In this document: piece by piece, positions 47,482 to 57,036 of the stretch
How positions within the stretch are numbered: position 1 is the first letter of the stretch
How the letters are laid out: the number at the start of each line of letters is the position of its first letter
DNA from: Acholeplasma sp.
Lineage (GTDB): Bacteria > Bacillota_I > Bacilli_A > Acholeplasmatales > UBA5453
Assembly (NCBI GenBank): GCA_012839355.1
Contig: DUNK01000037.1
Location: 372-64,371 of the forward strand
DNA: 64,000 nucleotides
Direction: 5' to 3'
Notes under the pieces: generated by a model
The model's database searches: none
What the model was told of the DNA's origin: nothing
Seen by the model: the letters and a program-made list of their open reading frames with translations, nothing else
Position numbers and translations under genes: made by a program

Positions 47482-49911
47482 TTAAATATCGTATTGTGAT
47501 AATATTCGAGCAGGTGTTTTCATCAACAATCTAAAGACTGGCAATAAACCTGCAAAAATATTTAAACCATAAACAACAACTAATCCTATTAAATATGTTA
47601 ATGGGTTAATCTTAAACATCATAAGCTCGCCAAGGAAACTTTGATTTAGCAAGTGTAAAATATAACACATTAATGTATAGCCGATAAAAGCTGTAATAGT
47701 AGTAATTATTATTATTTCAATTAAATAAGAACTCGCTATTTCTCGTTTCTTAACGCCTAAAGCTCTATAAACGGCAACTTCATAAATCTTTTGAATTAAT
47801 GATGATTTCATTACAAAATAAAATCCCACTAAAGTAGCCCCAACAAACATTAGTAATGTAACTGCAGCACTCGCTATCATTGCAGAACGCGTATCTTTAA
47901 GTTCAGCTATTGCTTGTTTATACATATCCGTTCCTTCAATACCTAAACTGTTTTTTAAATTTTGAATTAGCAATTTTGGATTACTTGAATATATGTAGTT
48001 TCGAGTTGTTTTTGTTAAGATTGAAGATTTTAATGTATCTAATTTCACTAATACATAATCCATTTCAATATCATGAACACCTGTAACATAATAAGTCTCT
48101 TGTTCATCTGTTGCTGGATTAACAAGTAATATTGATAAAGGGAAAGTTATTTCATCAATATTTGGATAGCCTAAATTATTTAATTGAGCAGCATTTAATA
48201 AAACATCCTTCTTATTTACAGGCATCGAACCTTTAACTAAATTAAGATTCTCAAATGCCTCAACTGGCCAATACGTTATATCATTACCAAGTATATCATT
48301 ACCAAGAGCGTTTACCATCATAAACTCTTCTGATGCAAAGATTAAATCAACTTTAGCATCAACTACACCAACAATTTTCGCATCCGTATTAGTATACTCT
48401 ATTCTTTCATTAAACAAGCCATTTACATTCCAAACTCCAAAATCTTGAGCTTCAATATTACCTAAAAAACTATCAAGAAAAACTTTTGATACTACTAGTT
48501 CATTTTTAGCTGTGGCGTGTCTACCATGAACAAGTTTATATTTTTTCGCATGATCAATATGTGTGAACATTTTATGTGTTTCTATACCTTTAGTTCCATC
48601 ATTTTTCAAAAATGTTAAAGACACTCCGCTCCCATAAGGATTTATGAAGAAATCTTCTGAATCGCCTTTTAGGGCTTCAAGTTGAGCTAAGGTTGGTTTT
48701 TCTTCATCAAATAATGTAGAGTATTCTACATATCCTTTTGGTAAACGTGCATATGAGTCAGCATCAATAATCGCTACCGCTGCAAAACTCATTACAGCAT
48801 AAGCAATTATCATCCCTGCAATAAAGAAACTTGCAAACAACAACTTACCTTTTCTACTAGTGCCTAAAAGTTTTAAAAAGGCATTTTTAAACATTTTCTT
48901 AACAGAAAATAATAGTCCTTTTTCCTTTTTAACAAACTTATGGTCTAACTCCTTAACATCATAAGTTGTTTTTTGAACTTCTTCTTTAGATTTCTTAACA
49001 TAATGCTCATCTTTTATTACAATTCCTGCTGATTCAGCAAGTTTAATATTTTTATAACCTGATACATCAACATACAATGTTTCATCTTTTAAAATTAATT
49101 TAACATTAACATTACTTAATTTCTTATCATAATAAACATCAACATTAACTTTTTCATTTTTAAGATTATCTTGATTTTTAATATCCTTTAAATAAATAGT
49201 AGCATCAGCAAAATTATGATCTTTCGCTTCATCGTTTAATTTATCGGCAATTATTTTGCCATCCTCAACCGTAATTATTCTATCAGCATAAACGTTTGCG
49301 ATTTCTTTTTCGTGTGTCACTAATATTACTAAAGTTTCTTTTGAGATTTCTTTAATAATATTCATAATCTCAAATGTGTTTCTACTATCTAAGTTTCCTG
49401 TCGGTTCATCAGCGATAATCACTCTAGGGTTTTTAACAAGCGCTCGAGCTATCGCTACTCTTTGTTGTTGTCCGCCTGATAATTGTAATGCTTTTTTCTT
49501 TCTAAACGGATACATGCCTACAGCTTTTAAAACGTAATGAACACGATGTTCAATTTCTTCTTCATTATTAATACCTAAGTTTCTTAAAACGAATCTAATG
49601 TTTTCATAAACAGATAATTCTGGTAATAAATAATAGTTTTGGAAAATATAACCTACATATTCATTTCTAATCTTATCCCAAACTCTTGATCTATATCTAG
49701 GTATATATTCATCATAAAACTCAATCTCTCCTGAATTAACCTTATCAAGTCCCCCAATCACATTTAAAAGAGTTGTCTTACCAGAACCTGAACTTCCGTG
49801 AATTGCAACTAAACCTTTTTCTTCTAACTCTAGAGAAACATTATTTAACACATGAATTTGATTTTTCTTACCTTTAAAGAAAAACTTGTTTAAATTTCTT
49901 AACTTAATCAT
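47482..49911 (-). CDS. MacB-type fused ABC ATPase / FtsX-family permease (second of a tandem pair)
   Basis: GSSGSGKTT, LSGGQQQR, IIADEPTGNLD. TM at about residue 360, ectodomain of about 290 aa, C-terminal FtsX bundle. AAGGAGGAG SD lies in the last codons of the upstream gene. Confidence 0.85.
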   Translation of the reverse strand: MIKLRNLNKFFFKGKKNQIHVLNNVSLELEEKGLVAIHGSSGSGKTTLLNVIGGLDKVNSGEIEFYDEYIPRYRSRVWDKIRNEYVGYIFQNYYLLPELSVYENIRFVLRNLGINNEEEIEHRVHYVLKAVGMYPFRKKKALQLSGGQQQRVAIARALVKNPRVIIADEPTGNLDSRNTFEIMNIIKEISKETLVILVTHEKEIANVYADRIITVEDGKIIADKLNDEAKDHNFADATIYLKDIKNQDNLKNEKVNVDVYYDKKLSNVNVKLILKDETLYVDVSGYKNIKLAESAGIVIKDEHYVKKSKEEVQKTTYDVKELDHKFVKKEKGLLFSVKKMFKNAFLKLLGTSRKGKLLFASFFIAGMIIAYAVMSFAAVAIIDADSYARLPKGYVEYSTLFDEEKPTLAQLEALKGDSEDFFINPYGSGVSLTFLKNDGTKGIETHKMFTHIDHAKKYKLVHGRHATAKNELVVSKVFLDSFLGNIEAQDFGVWNVNGLFNERIEYTNTDAKIVGVVDAKVDLIFASEEFMMVNALGNDILGNDITYWPVEAFENLNLVKGSMPVNKKDVLLNAAQLNNLGYPNIDEITFPLSILLVNPATDEQETYYVTGVHDIEMDYVLVKLDTLKSSILTKTTRNYIYSSNPKLLIQNLKNSLGIEGTDMYKQAIAELKDTRSAMIASAAVTLLMFVGATLVGFYFVMKSSLIQKIYEVAVYRALGVKKREIASSYLIEIIIITTITAFIGYTLMCYILHLLNQSFLGELMMFKINPLTYLIGLVVVYGLNIFAGLLPVFRLLMKTPARILSQYDI

Positions 49912-49912
49912 T

Positions 49913-52126
49913 TTAGAACTCCTCCTTACTTAAAGTGAGGACCTGAATCACACTTTGATTAAATACTTTCTTATTAAATCTTAAACCTAACCAAACGCCT
50001 AAGAAAAGGAATATTAAAACTAAGACAATATAATCACTAAACTTCATATAGTCAAGCAATGTTCTAATATTACTAAATCTGTATTGCAAGAAATAAAAGC
50101 CTATCATCGTTATAACAAAGCCTATCATATTCATAATTACTTGCTCTAAAACAACCATCTTTGCTAAAGCTGATTTGTTCGTTCCTATCGATCTAAATAT
50201 CGCAAAATCTTTCTTTCTGCTTGCCATTATGTTTTTACTAACAGCGTGAACTATTGCATATAAAAAGAATCCCATCCCTACTAATAGTAATCCAGAAATC
50301 AAACCTTGAATAAAAAGCATAAACTTTTGGAGTGGTGAACTAATGTTGGCAGGGTAGTAAACCTTATAAATTGTTTGATCAATCGACTTAATAAAGTTAT
50401 CTCCCTTTCTAAAATTAGCGACTTCAACACTTATCATATTTTTGTCAATTTTATACTTAGATACATAATTTTGCATAGACAAATCTAATACTTGATCTAA
50501 TAATTCTTTTTTAATCAAGCCTCCATAAAACTCTCCTTCAACTTTACCTACCGAACCTACTTCAAGTATTACGGTAGATGTGTGTTCGTAATAAGTATGA
50601 AATTTAACATTTACATTGTTTTCAACAACATATGTTTGAGATTCATCGCTTTTTATCATTTGTATATCATACAATAAAGTCGCATTCGGATCATATTCTA
50701 ATTCAAAACCAACAGAATCTTCTAAATTGCAATATAAACTATCTTTGAGATTCTGTCTAATATGATTATAAAGATTAACATCAATATCAGCAACAATCTC
50801 TTGAGTTAAATATGCTTCTGAAAAATAAATCGTACGTCTTTCTAGTTTATCAAGTCCGACAACCTTAAACTCTACAAAGTGTTCTAAATTGCCACCATAG
50901 TAATAGATAGGCGTGAATGCCAAACCTATAACATCACCAACTTTTATAGTGTTATAATATGATGAAACAACTACTTCATTAATTTCTTTCGGTAGTTCTC
51001 CTTTAACATCGCCTTTGCTTAAAATTTTTGCAGAATCAGTTTTTGAAACATAAAAATTATGATGACTATTTAACAAGTTAATGCTTAAGTTTCTATTGTT
51101 ATGAAACAGATGTGCATTTTCATAAACAGTCAGGACATTTCTATTACTTTTAATTTTGTCGATTTCGGCACTGCTAAGTGGTTCTCCATCTCTTCTTTCA
51201 ACTAAAAGTCTAGTCTCAGGAACTTGTGGATAAGTTTCCGAATCCATCAATCCTAATTCCCTTCTCGCTTTCACTTGCGAAGAAAATATTAAAGTAAAAA
51301 TACCAATAACTAAGATTTGTAAAATCAACATAAAAATCGTTCTTTTAGGTGTTGAAAAAATGTTTCTTAAACTAATTTTAAAGAGTGTTAACCAAGACAC
51401 TTTTTTAGCTTCTAGTTTGACTGGTTGTTCTTGTTTTTCAAACTCTTTTAACTCTACATCTTCAACAATAGTTCCATCATGCATCCTAATCTTTCTAGTT
51501 GCATAAGGTTCTACTTGTGCATAATCATGCGTAACAACTATCACAAGTTTATCTTTACTAATCTCATGAAGTAAAGCCATCACTTGTTTAGACGATTCAG
51601 AGTCTAAGTTTCCTGTCGGTTCATCAGCAACAATAATCGGTGTATCTTTAGCAAGTGCACGAGCTAAAACCGCACGTTGTTTTTGTCCACCTGAAAGTTT
51701 TGATGCTTTATGGTTTTTATGACTACTTAAACCAACTCTATCAATTAACTCTAACGCTCTTTTTCTTCTTTTATCTTTTGGGTAACCTTGCACCTCGAGC
51801 GCAAATAAAACATTTTGATAAACAGTATAAGAATCGATAATATTATAGTTTTGGAAAACAAAACCTACATATGAACTACGATAAGTTTCCCAGTCGCTAA
51901 TCGTATAATGTGATGTCTCTTCACCATAGTGGTAAAGTTCACCTTCTTCATATCCATCTAAACCACTTATAACATTAAGTAATGTCGATTTACCACTGCC
52001 TGATTCACCCGTTATCGCAACAAACTCACCTATATCAAAACTAGCAGAAACATTTTGCATTCCAACTGAAACTGTCTCTGCCGATTTATAATATTTACTT
52101 ACATTTTCTAACTTTAATATCTTCAT
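49913..52126 (-). CDS. MacB-type fused ABC ATPase / FtsX-family permease (first of a tandem pair)
   Basis: GESGSGKST, LSGGQKQR, IVADEPTGNLD. TM at about residue 265, ectodomain of about 330 aa, FtsX bundle. GGAGA SD favours the ATG at 52126 (MKILKLENVSKYY) over 52138. Confidence 0.85.
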   Translation of the reverse strand: MKILKLENVSKYYKSAETVSVGMQNVSASFDIGEFVAITGESGSGKSTLLNVISGLDGYEEGELYHYGEETSHYTISDWETYRSSYVGFVFQNYNIIDSYTVYQNVLFALEVQGYPKDKRRKRALELIDRVGLSSHKNHKASKLSGGQKQRAVLARALAKDTPIIVADEPTGNLDSESSKQVMALLHEISKDKLVIVVTHDYAQVEPYATRKIRMHDGTIVEDVELKEFEKQEQPVKLEAKKVSWLTLFKISLRNIFSTPKRTIFMLILQILVIGIFTLIFSSQVKARRELGLMDSETYPQVPETRLLVERRDGEPLSSAEIDKIKSNRNVLTVYENAHLFHNNRNLSINLLNSHHNFYVSKTDSAKILSKGDVKGELPKEINEVVVSSYYNTIKVGDVIGLAFTPIYYYGGNLEHFVEFKVVGLDKLERRTIYFSEAYLTQEIVADIDVNLYNHIRQNLKDSLYCNLEDSVGFELEYDPNATLLYDIQMIKSDESQTYVVENNVNVKFHTYYEHTSTVILEVGSVGKVEGEFYGGLIKKELLDQVLDLSMQNYVSKYKIDKNMISVEVANFRKGDNFIKSIDQTIYKVYYPANISSPLQKFMLFIQGLISGLLLVGMGFFLYAIVHAVSKNIMASRKKDFAIFRSIGTNKSALAKMVVLEQVIMNMIGFVITMIGFYFLQYRFSNIRTLLDYMKFSDYIVLVLIFLFLGVWLGLRFNKKVFNQSVIQVLTLSKEEF

Positions 52127-52190
52127 TTTCGTCTCCATTTATATTAAATAATCCACATTAATTATACTATATAGTATAACATTATCAAAT

Positions 52191-53084
52191 CTAAACACTT
52201 TCAAGAATTGGTAAAATTTTCTTTACATCTTCTTTATACCACTTAGGATATTTATTTGATTTTAATGTTTCTTTAATTAAATCATTATACTTTGTATTTT
52301 TCTGTCTAACTAACAATGTTAACGCATTTCTAAGTAAAAGTGTCCTACCTTTCCACAAATATGCATGTTTACCATACTTCTTTTGAAACTCTTTATTTGA
52401 TAGTTTAAAAAGATCTTCAATTAAAACATATGCTGTTTCTTTTACTTGTAAATCTTCATGGTATTTACCTTCGATATCTTTATTTTTTGGACATACCTGC
52501 TGACAAATATCACAGCCCAAAAGTAGATAGTTTTTCTTAATTAAATCTTCACCAAAAGGTTCTTTTAACTGATTGTTAGCACTCATACACTTATTAATAT
52601 CAAACCCACCTTCTAGTGCATTAACAGGGCAAGAATTAATACATATCATACAATCACCACATGAATCATTATTTTCTACTATCACTTCAGGATACTTATC
52701 TTTCGTTAAGATTAAACCTATAAAGAAATAACTACCTAACTCTTGATTAATCATTAAATCGTTTTTTGCTAGATAAGCCAAACCTGTTAACTCTAAACAT
52801 CTTCTTTCATCTAAACTATGATTATCAACTAAAATAGTATACTCATAACCTTTTAACGCTTCACTAGCAATCTTTTTTATAACACTATGATAATCATAAC
52901 CATATGTATAAATTGAACCAACTAACTTGTCATCTTGTTGTTTAAGTGTAATTTTAGGATAAGCTAATCCTACAACAAAAATTGAAGAAACATCTTTTAA
53001 GTGTTCTTCTTTTTCATAGTTATCATATCTAGTTTTATCAATTACGCCTACAAGGTTAAAAACCTTTTTTAATCTTTCATACAT
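52191..53084 (-). CDS. queG: Epoxyqueuosine reductase QueG-like (short form)
   Basis: Collinear with B. subtilis QueG as I remember it: GYDYHSV, GSYFFIGLILT, two ferredoxin motifs CGDCMICINSCP and CDICQQVCPKNK, SNKEFQKKYG..LWKGR..LLRNA. Only 297 aa, so it lacks the C-terminal HEAT-like extension. Confidence 0.75.
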   Translation of the reverse strand: MYERLKKVFNLVGVIDKTRYDNYEKEEHLKDVSSIFVVGLAYPKITLKQQDDKLVGSIYTYGYDYHSVIKKIASEALKGYEYTILVDNHSLDERRCLELTGLAYLAKNDLMINQELGSYFFIGLILTKDKYPEVIVENNDSCGDCMICINSCPVNALEGGFDINKCMSANNQLKEPFGEDLIKKNYLLLGCDICQQVCPKNKDIEGKYHEDLQVKETAYVLIEDLFKLSNKEFQKKYGKHAYLWKGRTLLLRNALTLLVRQKNTKYNDLIKETLKSNKYPKWYKEDVKKILPILESV

Positions 53085-53086
53085 AT

Positions 53087-54322
53087 TTAATCCTCAGTAA
53101 TAATCTTCTCTTCCTTTTTCATAATTATAATATTAACCATTATTAATAAAAAGCCGATTATGAAAAATAAGACCGCAAAATCAAACACTAACAATCTATT
53201 ATTATGATATAAAAACGCTCCTAAAATTGGTCCAATGATATTGCTTAATGAAAGGAACGATTGTTTAATTCCCATAATTCTCCCCATATTTTCCTCTTCA
53301 GCAAAACTTGCGACATATTCTCGTTCTAAAGGTAAATTAACCGTTTTAATGATGATATAAACTAAATAGTATGTATATAGATAAACTAAAAATGAAAACA
53401 TCGTCCCTCTAAAACAAATTAAGACTAAAACCGCGCTTAATAACTGAAAGATTGCAATTACTTGCAGTTTAGCTTTAATTTTTTTAAGTAAAGGAACCAT
53501 TAAGATACTTGTAAAGACTCCAACAAATCCAACAATCATTTTAAACTGACCTAAGACATCTTCTTTATACCCTAAATCATTAATAAAATAGACATCTAAA
53601 TATTTATCAATATTAATGTGTGACATTGAAAAAAAGAAAAAACTAATTAAAAAGATTATTAATTTAATATCCTTTGTTTTAAGGAGTTTAAATGCTTTAA
53701 AAATATTAACTCCTTTTTCTTTTTGATTGTTAACCACTTCTTTTGGCTTAAACATAACCAATACAAGTAACGCCAAAAACGCACTCAACAAACCTTGAAT
53801 TATTAAAACATTAGGCATATGATCAGTCTTAAAATATTTAATGAAAAAATCGTTAGTATAAATAAACCCACCAAAATATTGACCTATTGCTCCACCAATG
53901 GCTGTTGCTGCTGCGCCATAGACAAGATTTCTTGTTTTATTGTGTTTTTTAGATATTACAACAACCTCACTCAAAAAGATTGTTGATGGTGCTGCCATGC
54001 CTACACCACTAAAAAATCTTACTATAGCTAAGCCCCAAGGCCCGAACACTTCACCTAAACCAAATAAGTATTGAGCTAAACCATAGATAAGAAAACCAAT
54101 AAAAACACTTATTTTCTTTTTACCGTGATCAGCTAAACTTCCCCATAACGGCGCTGAGACCATCGCACCTAAACTCATAAAAGCGAAGAAAAATCCAAAC
54201 ATATAGTCTGGAAAATTAAGTTCAGCCACATAACTAGGTGTGATTGGATGGTGAATATTCATGAATATTCCTTGCAAGAATAATAGCGTTATTACTACTA
54301 TAAAGGCCTGTTTATCTTTCAT
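53087..54322 (-). CDS. MFS transporter
   Basis: 411 aa, about 12 TM, with the MFS loop motif GSLADHGKKK between TM2 and TM3. Confidence 0.8.
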   Translation of the reverse strand: MKDKQAFIVVITLLFLQGIFMNIHHPITPSYVAELNFPDYMFGFFFAFMSLGAMVSAPLWGSLADHGKKKISVFIGFLIYGLAQYLFGLGEVFGPWGLAIVRFFSGVGMAAPSTIFLSEVVVISKKHNKTRNLVYGAAATAIGGAIGQYFGGFIYTNDFFIKYFKTDHMPNVLIIQGLLSAFLALLVLVMFKPKEVVNNQKEKGVNIFKAFKLLKTKDIKLIIFLISFFFFSMSHINIDKYLDVYFINDLGYKEDVLGQFKMIVGFVGVFTSILMVPLLKKIKAKLQVIAIFQLLSAVLVLICFRGTMFSFLVYLYTYYLVYIIIKTVNLPLEREYVASFAEEENMGRIMGIKQSFLSLSNIIGPILGAFLYHNNRLLVFDFAVLFFIIGFLLIMVNIIIMKKEEKIITED

Positions 54323-54405
54323 TATATCTTCCTATCTATTTTTATACATAACCTCATATATAGTTTAGAACTATTTATGAGTATTGTCAAAAGAACATGT
54401 TAATT

Positions 54406-54431
54406 AAAAGAAAAAGTGTCGTTTGACACTT
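54406..54431 (-). terminator. Rho-independent terminator after the T-box / lyase / PPIase unit
   Basis: Minus strand AAGTGTC-AAAC-GACACTT hairpin followed by a T-rich run. Confidence 0.7.
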
Positions 54432-55256
54432 TTAAACATAAATTACTGCGCTTGGCTCATAGCCATTTAATTCAACTGTTACGCTTTCTATAACTACATT
54501 TGTTAAAGGTCTATCATTATAGTCTGTTTGTAGATTTGCGATTTGATCTAACACATCAAAACCACTGATTAAACCTCCAAATGAGGCGTAGTTACCATTT
54601 AGGTGTGGAGAAGTTTTATGAACGATGAAAAACTGACTTGTCGCACTATCAGGCACCATTGTTCGTGCCATAGAAATTACACCTCTATAATGTCTTAAGT
54701 TATTAGTAACTCCATTACTGCTAAAATCTCCTTTAATATTTCCATAAGGAACTCCAACATGACCACCCTGAATCATAAAGTCTTTAATTACTCTATGAAA
54801 ACTAGAACCAGTATACTTATTATTTTCTACATATTTTAAGAAATTATTAACCGTGTTTGGTGCCACCTCAGGAAAGAGTTCCAGTTTCATCTCACCAAAA
54901 TTCAACACTTTAATTGTAACTACTGGGTTATTCTCACTTAAATAACTATAATATTTTAACTCTGCCAACTTATCTTCCCACCTTGCAACTAAATTTAGAT
55001 TTTTATTAACTTTTGAACTAAAATTATATGGTTGATCATTTAAATACCATCCAAGGAAATTGTACCCTTCTTTTGTTGGTTCAGTAGGTTCGGTAACCAA
55101 CTCACCTTTTTTGAGTGTTTGAGCGGGGGCTTCTCCTACTCCTTCATTTAAATCAAATGTGATAGTATATGTTTTCTTTCCACAAGAAACTAATGTTAAT
55201 AATAAAACAAATATTGTAATTATATTTAATATCTTTTTATCCATTTTACATTCCAT
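54432..55256 (-). CDS. Surface lipoprotein: Listeria-Bacteroides (Flg_new) repeat plus a cyclophilin-type peptidyl-prolyl isomerase
   Basis: Lipobox LTLVSC. YTITFDLNEG...GYNFLGWY repeat. Cyclophilin signature FHRVIKDFMIQGG. The ATG at 55256 overlaps the lyase stop (TAATG); alternative ATG at 55244. Confidence 0.85.
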   Translation of the reverse strand: MECKMDKKILNIITIFVLLLTLVSCGKKTYTITFDLNEGVGEAPAQTLKKGELVTEPTEPTKEGYNFLGWYLNDQPYNFSSKVNKNLNLVARWEDKLAELKYYSYLSENNPVVTIKVLNFGEMKLELFPEVAPNTVNNFLKYVENNKYTGSSFHRVIKDFMIQGGHVGVPYGNIKGDFSSNGVTNNLRHYRGVISMARTMVPDSATSQFFIVHKTSPHLNGNYASFGGLISGFDVLDQIANLQTDYNDRPLTNVVIESVTVELNGYEPSAVIYV

Positions 55257-56704
55257 TAGTATTTATTTAGAAAATCTTCTTTAAATTTTTTAACTAATTT
55301 TTCTTGCCAATTTGATGTTGGTGCTAATTCACCAAAGAAAAATCTTAACGTTTCTGGTTCTCTTGTAAATTTCAAACCACCGATTAAATCTCTATTCTTA
55401 TAGAGCCAAATAATTCTATCAACTGCATAATTGATATGTGAAAGTGTAAATACTCTTCTTGGAATCGCAAGTCTAACAAGTTCCATATCAGCTAACTTTT
55501 CAGTTCCATCAGGATTTCTCACTTCTGATAATGTTCCTCTTTCCATCCCTCTAATACCACTAACAATATAGAGTGCTGTAGCTAAAGCACCTGCAGGGTA
55601 TTCTTCTTGTTTAATATGAGGAACGAAACTTCTTGCATCTAAGTGACAACCAAGACCACCACCAGGCGTTACGACTGGAACTTTATGTTTTACTAATTCA
55701 TTAACCATATAATCAATAAAGATTGGCCCTTGACTAATAACATCAAATTCCATTGATTCTTCTAAACCAACAGCAATCATTTCCATTTCTCTTGTGCTCA
55801 TGCCGCCATAAGTTAAGAATCCTTCATACATTACTACAAACTCTTTCATTTTATTGTAGAGTTTTTCATCTTTTAAGACTATTCCGCCACCTTTTGCAAA
55901 CCCAAACTTTCGCGCTGAGAAATAAACTATATCAAACAACTGACAAAACTCTTTAGTTATTTCACTAATCGGTTTATTTTCAAATCCTTTTTCTCTAACT
56001 TTAATAAAATATAAGTTATCTTGCAGTAAACTAGCATCTAAAACAGTCATAACTCCTGCTTTTTTACATCTTTCAGTAACTGCTTTAGCATTTTCAAAAC
56101 TAATTGGTTGACCACCAATTAAATTAGTTCCCGCCTCAATTCTTAAAAAGGCGATTTCTTCTTTACTATATTTTTTAAAATAGTCATCTAATTTCTTTAA
56201 ATCTACATTGCCCTTAAATGGATAATCACTTTGGATCTTTAAACCTTCATCAATAATTAATTCATCTACAATTCCGCCCATAGCGAGAATGTGAGATTTA
56301 GTCGTTGTAAAGTGATAGTTCATCGGCGTTCTTGTATTAGGTTTAACTAGCGCTCTACTAATAATATGCTCACAAGCACGGCCTTGGTGAGCAGGTAAAA
56401 AGTAAGGTAAACCTAAAAGGCTTGTTACAGCTTTTTCTAAACGATAAAACGTCTTACTGCCAGCATACGCTTCATCAGCACGCATTGAGGCAGCTAACTG
56501 TTCATCACTTGAAGCGTTCACGCCACTATCAGTTAACATATCTAAAAACACATCTTCATTTCTTAATAAAAATGTATTGTTAGTTGCTTTAGTGATTGCC
56601 TTATACCTTTCATCTACATCTAACAAATTTATTTTTGAAACAACCTTTGGTTTATGTAACTCTAATGGTTGTTCCTTTAAATACTTCATCTCAATTCTTT
56701 TCAT
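55256..56704 (-). CDS. Beta-eliminating lyase, tyrosine phenol-lyase-like (TPL/tryptophanase family, PLP-dependent)
   Basis: Collinear with C. freundii TPL as I remember it: NTFLL..D.F.D.LTDSG.NA.SD, DEAYAGS, HQGR, NYHFTTT, GGQP, FENK.I.EI, PLP-lysine context FSARKFG, YEG...YGG, LDAR, RLAIPRRV, LRFF. 482 aa. Confidence 0.85.
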   Translation of the reverse strand: MKRIEMKYLKEQPLELHKPKVVSKINLLDVDERYKAITKATNNTFLLRNEDVFLDMLTDSGVNASSDEQLAASMRADEAYAGSKTFYRLEKAVTSLLGLPYFLPAHQGRACEHIISRALVKPNTRTPMNYHFTTTKSHILAMGGIVDELIIDEGLKIQSDYPFKGNVDLKKLDDYFKKYSKEEIAFLRIEAGTNLIGGQPISFENAKAVTERCKKAGVMTVLDASLLQDNLYFIKVREKGFENKPISEITKEFCQLFDIVYFSARKFGFAKGGGIVLKDEKLYNKMKEFVVMYEGFLTYGGMSTREMEMIAVGLEESMEFDVISQGPIFIDYMVNELVKHKVPVVTPGGGLGCHLDARSFVPHIKQEEYPAGALATALYIVSGIRGMERGTLSEVRNPDGTEKLADMELVRLAIPRRVFTLSHINYAVDRIIWLYKNRDLIGGLKFTREPETLRFFFGELAPTSNWQEKLVKKFKEDFLNKY

Positions 56705-56730
56705 ATTAATCTCTCCTAACTCTTTATAAT

Positions 56731-56945
56731 AAAAAAAGATTCATCCGTTAAGGACGAATCTAAAAATAGACCGTGGTACCACCTTAATTCACTACTATTG
56801 TAGCCTCAAATTAGTTTTAACTGGACTAGACCAGGATACGCTCCTATAAATGTAACTTGTAAATCTTTTTTGAAATACTTCCACCAAATGTATTCTCTCT
56901 GTTCATTGAAAAAGAAATACTCTTTTTTATAATCATTGCCTATCA
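56731..56945 (-). promoter_or_regulatory. T-box riboswitch, apparent Tyr specifier (UAC)
   Basis: Minus strand features: K-turn (GAUAGGC / AAU bulge / GA ... GA / GCGUAUC); specifier-loop 5' side AGAGUA; AG bulge AGAGA; distal loop GGUGGAA; UAC-A immediately before the closing helix UUUAUAG (UAC at 56852-56854); T-box core AAGGUGGUACCACGG (56771-56785); 10-bp terminator AGAUUCGUCC/GGAUGAAUCU plus U7 (to 56731). Confidence 0.85.
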
Positions 56946-56966
56946 GATTAATTTTTAATTACTACT

Positions 56967-56995
56967 ATAATACTATTAAAAAACTTTTTTCGCAA
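56967..56995 (-). promoter_or_regulatory. Sigma-A promoter of the T-box/lyase unit
   Basis: Minus strand TTGCGA (56995..56990), N17, TATTAT (56972..56967). Confidence 0.55.
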
Positions 56996-57036
56996 CAAAA
57001 AATATATTTTTTATTTCTATTTGCTTTATTTTGGAC

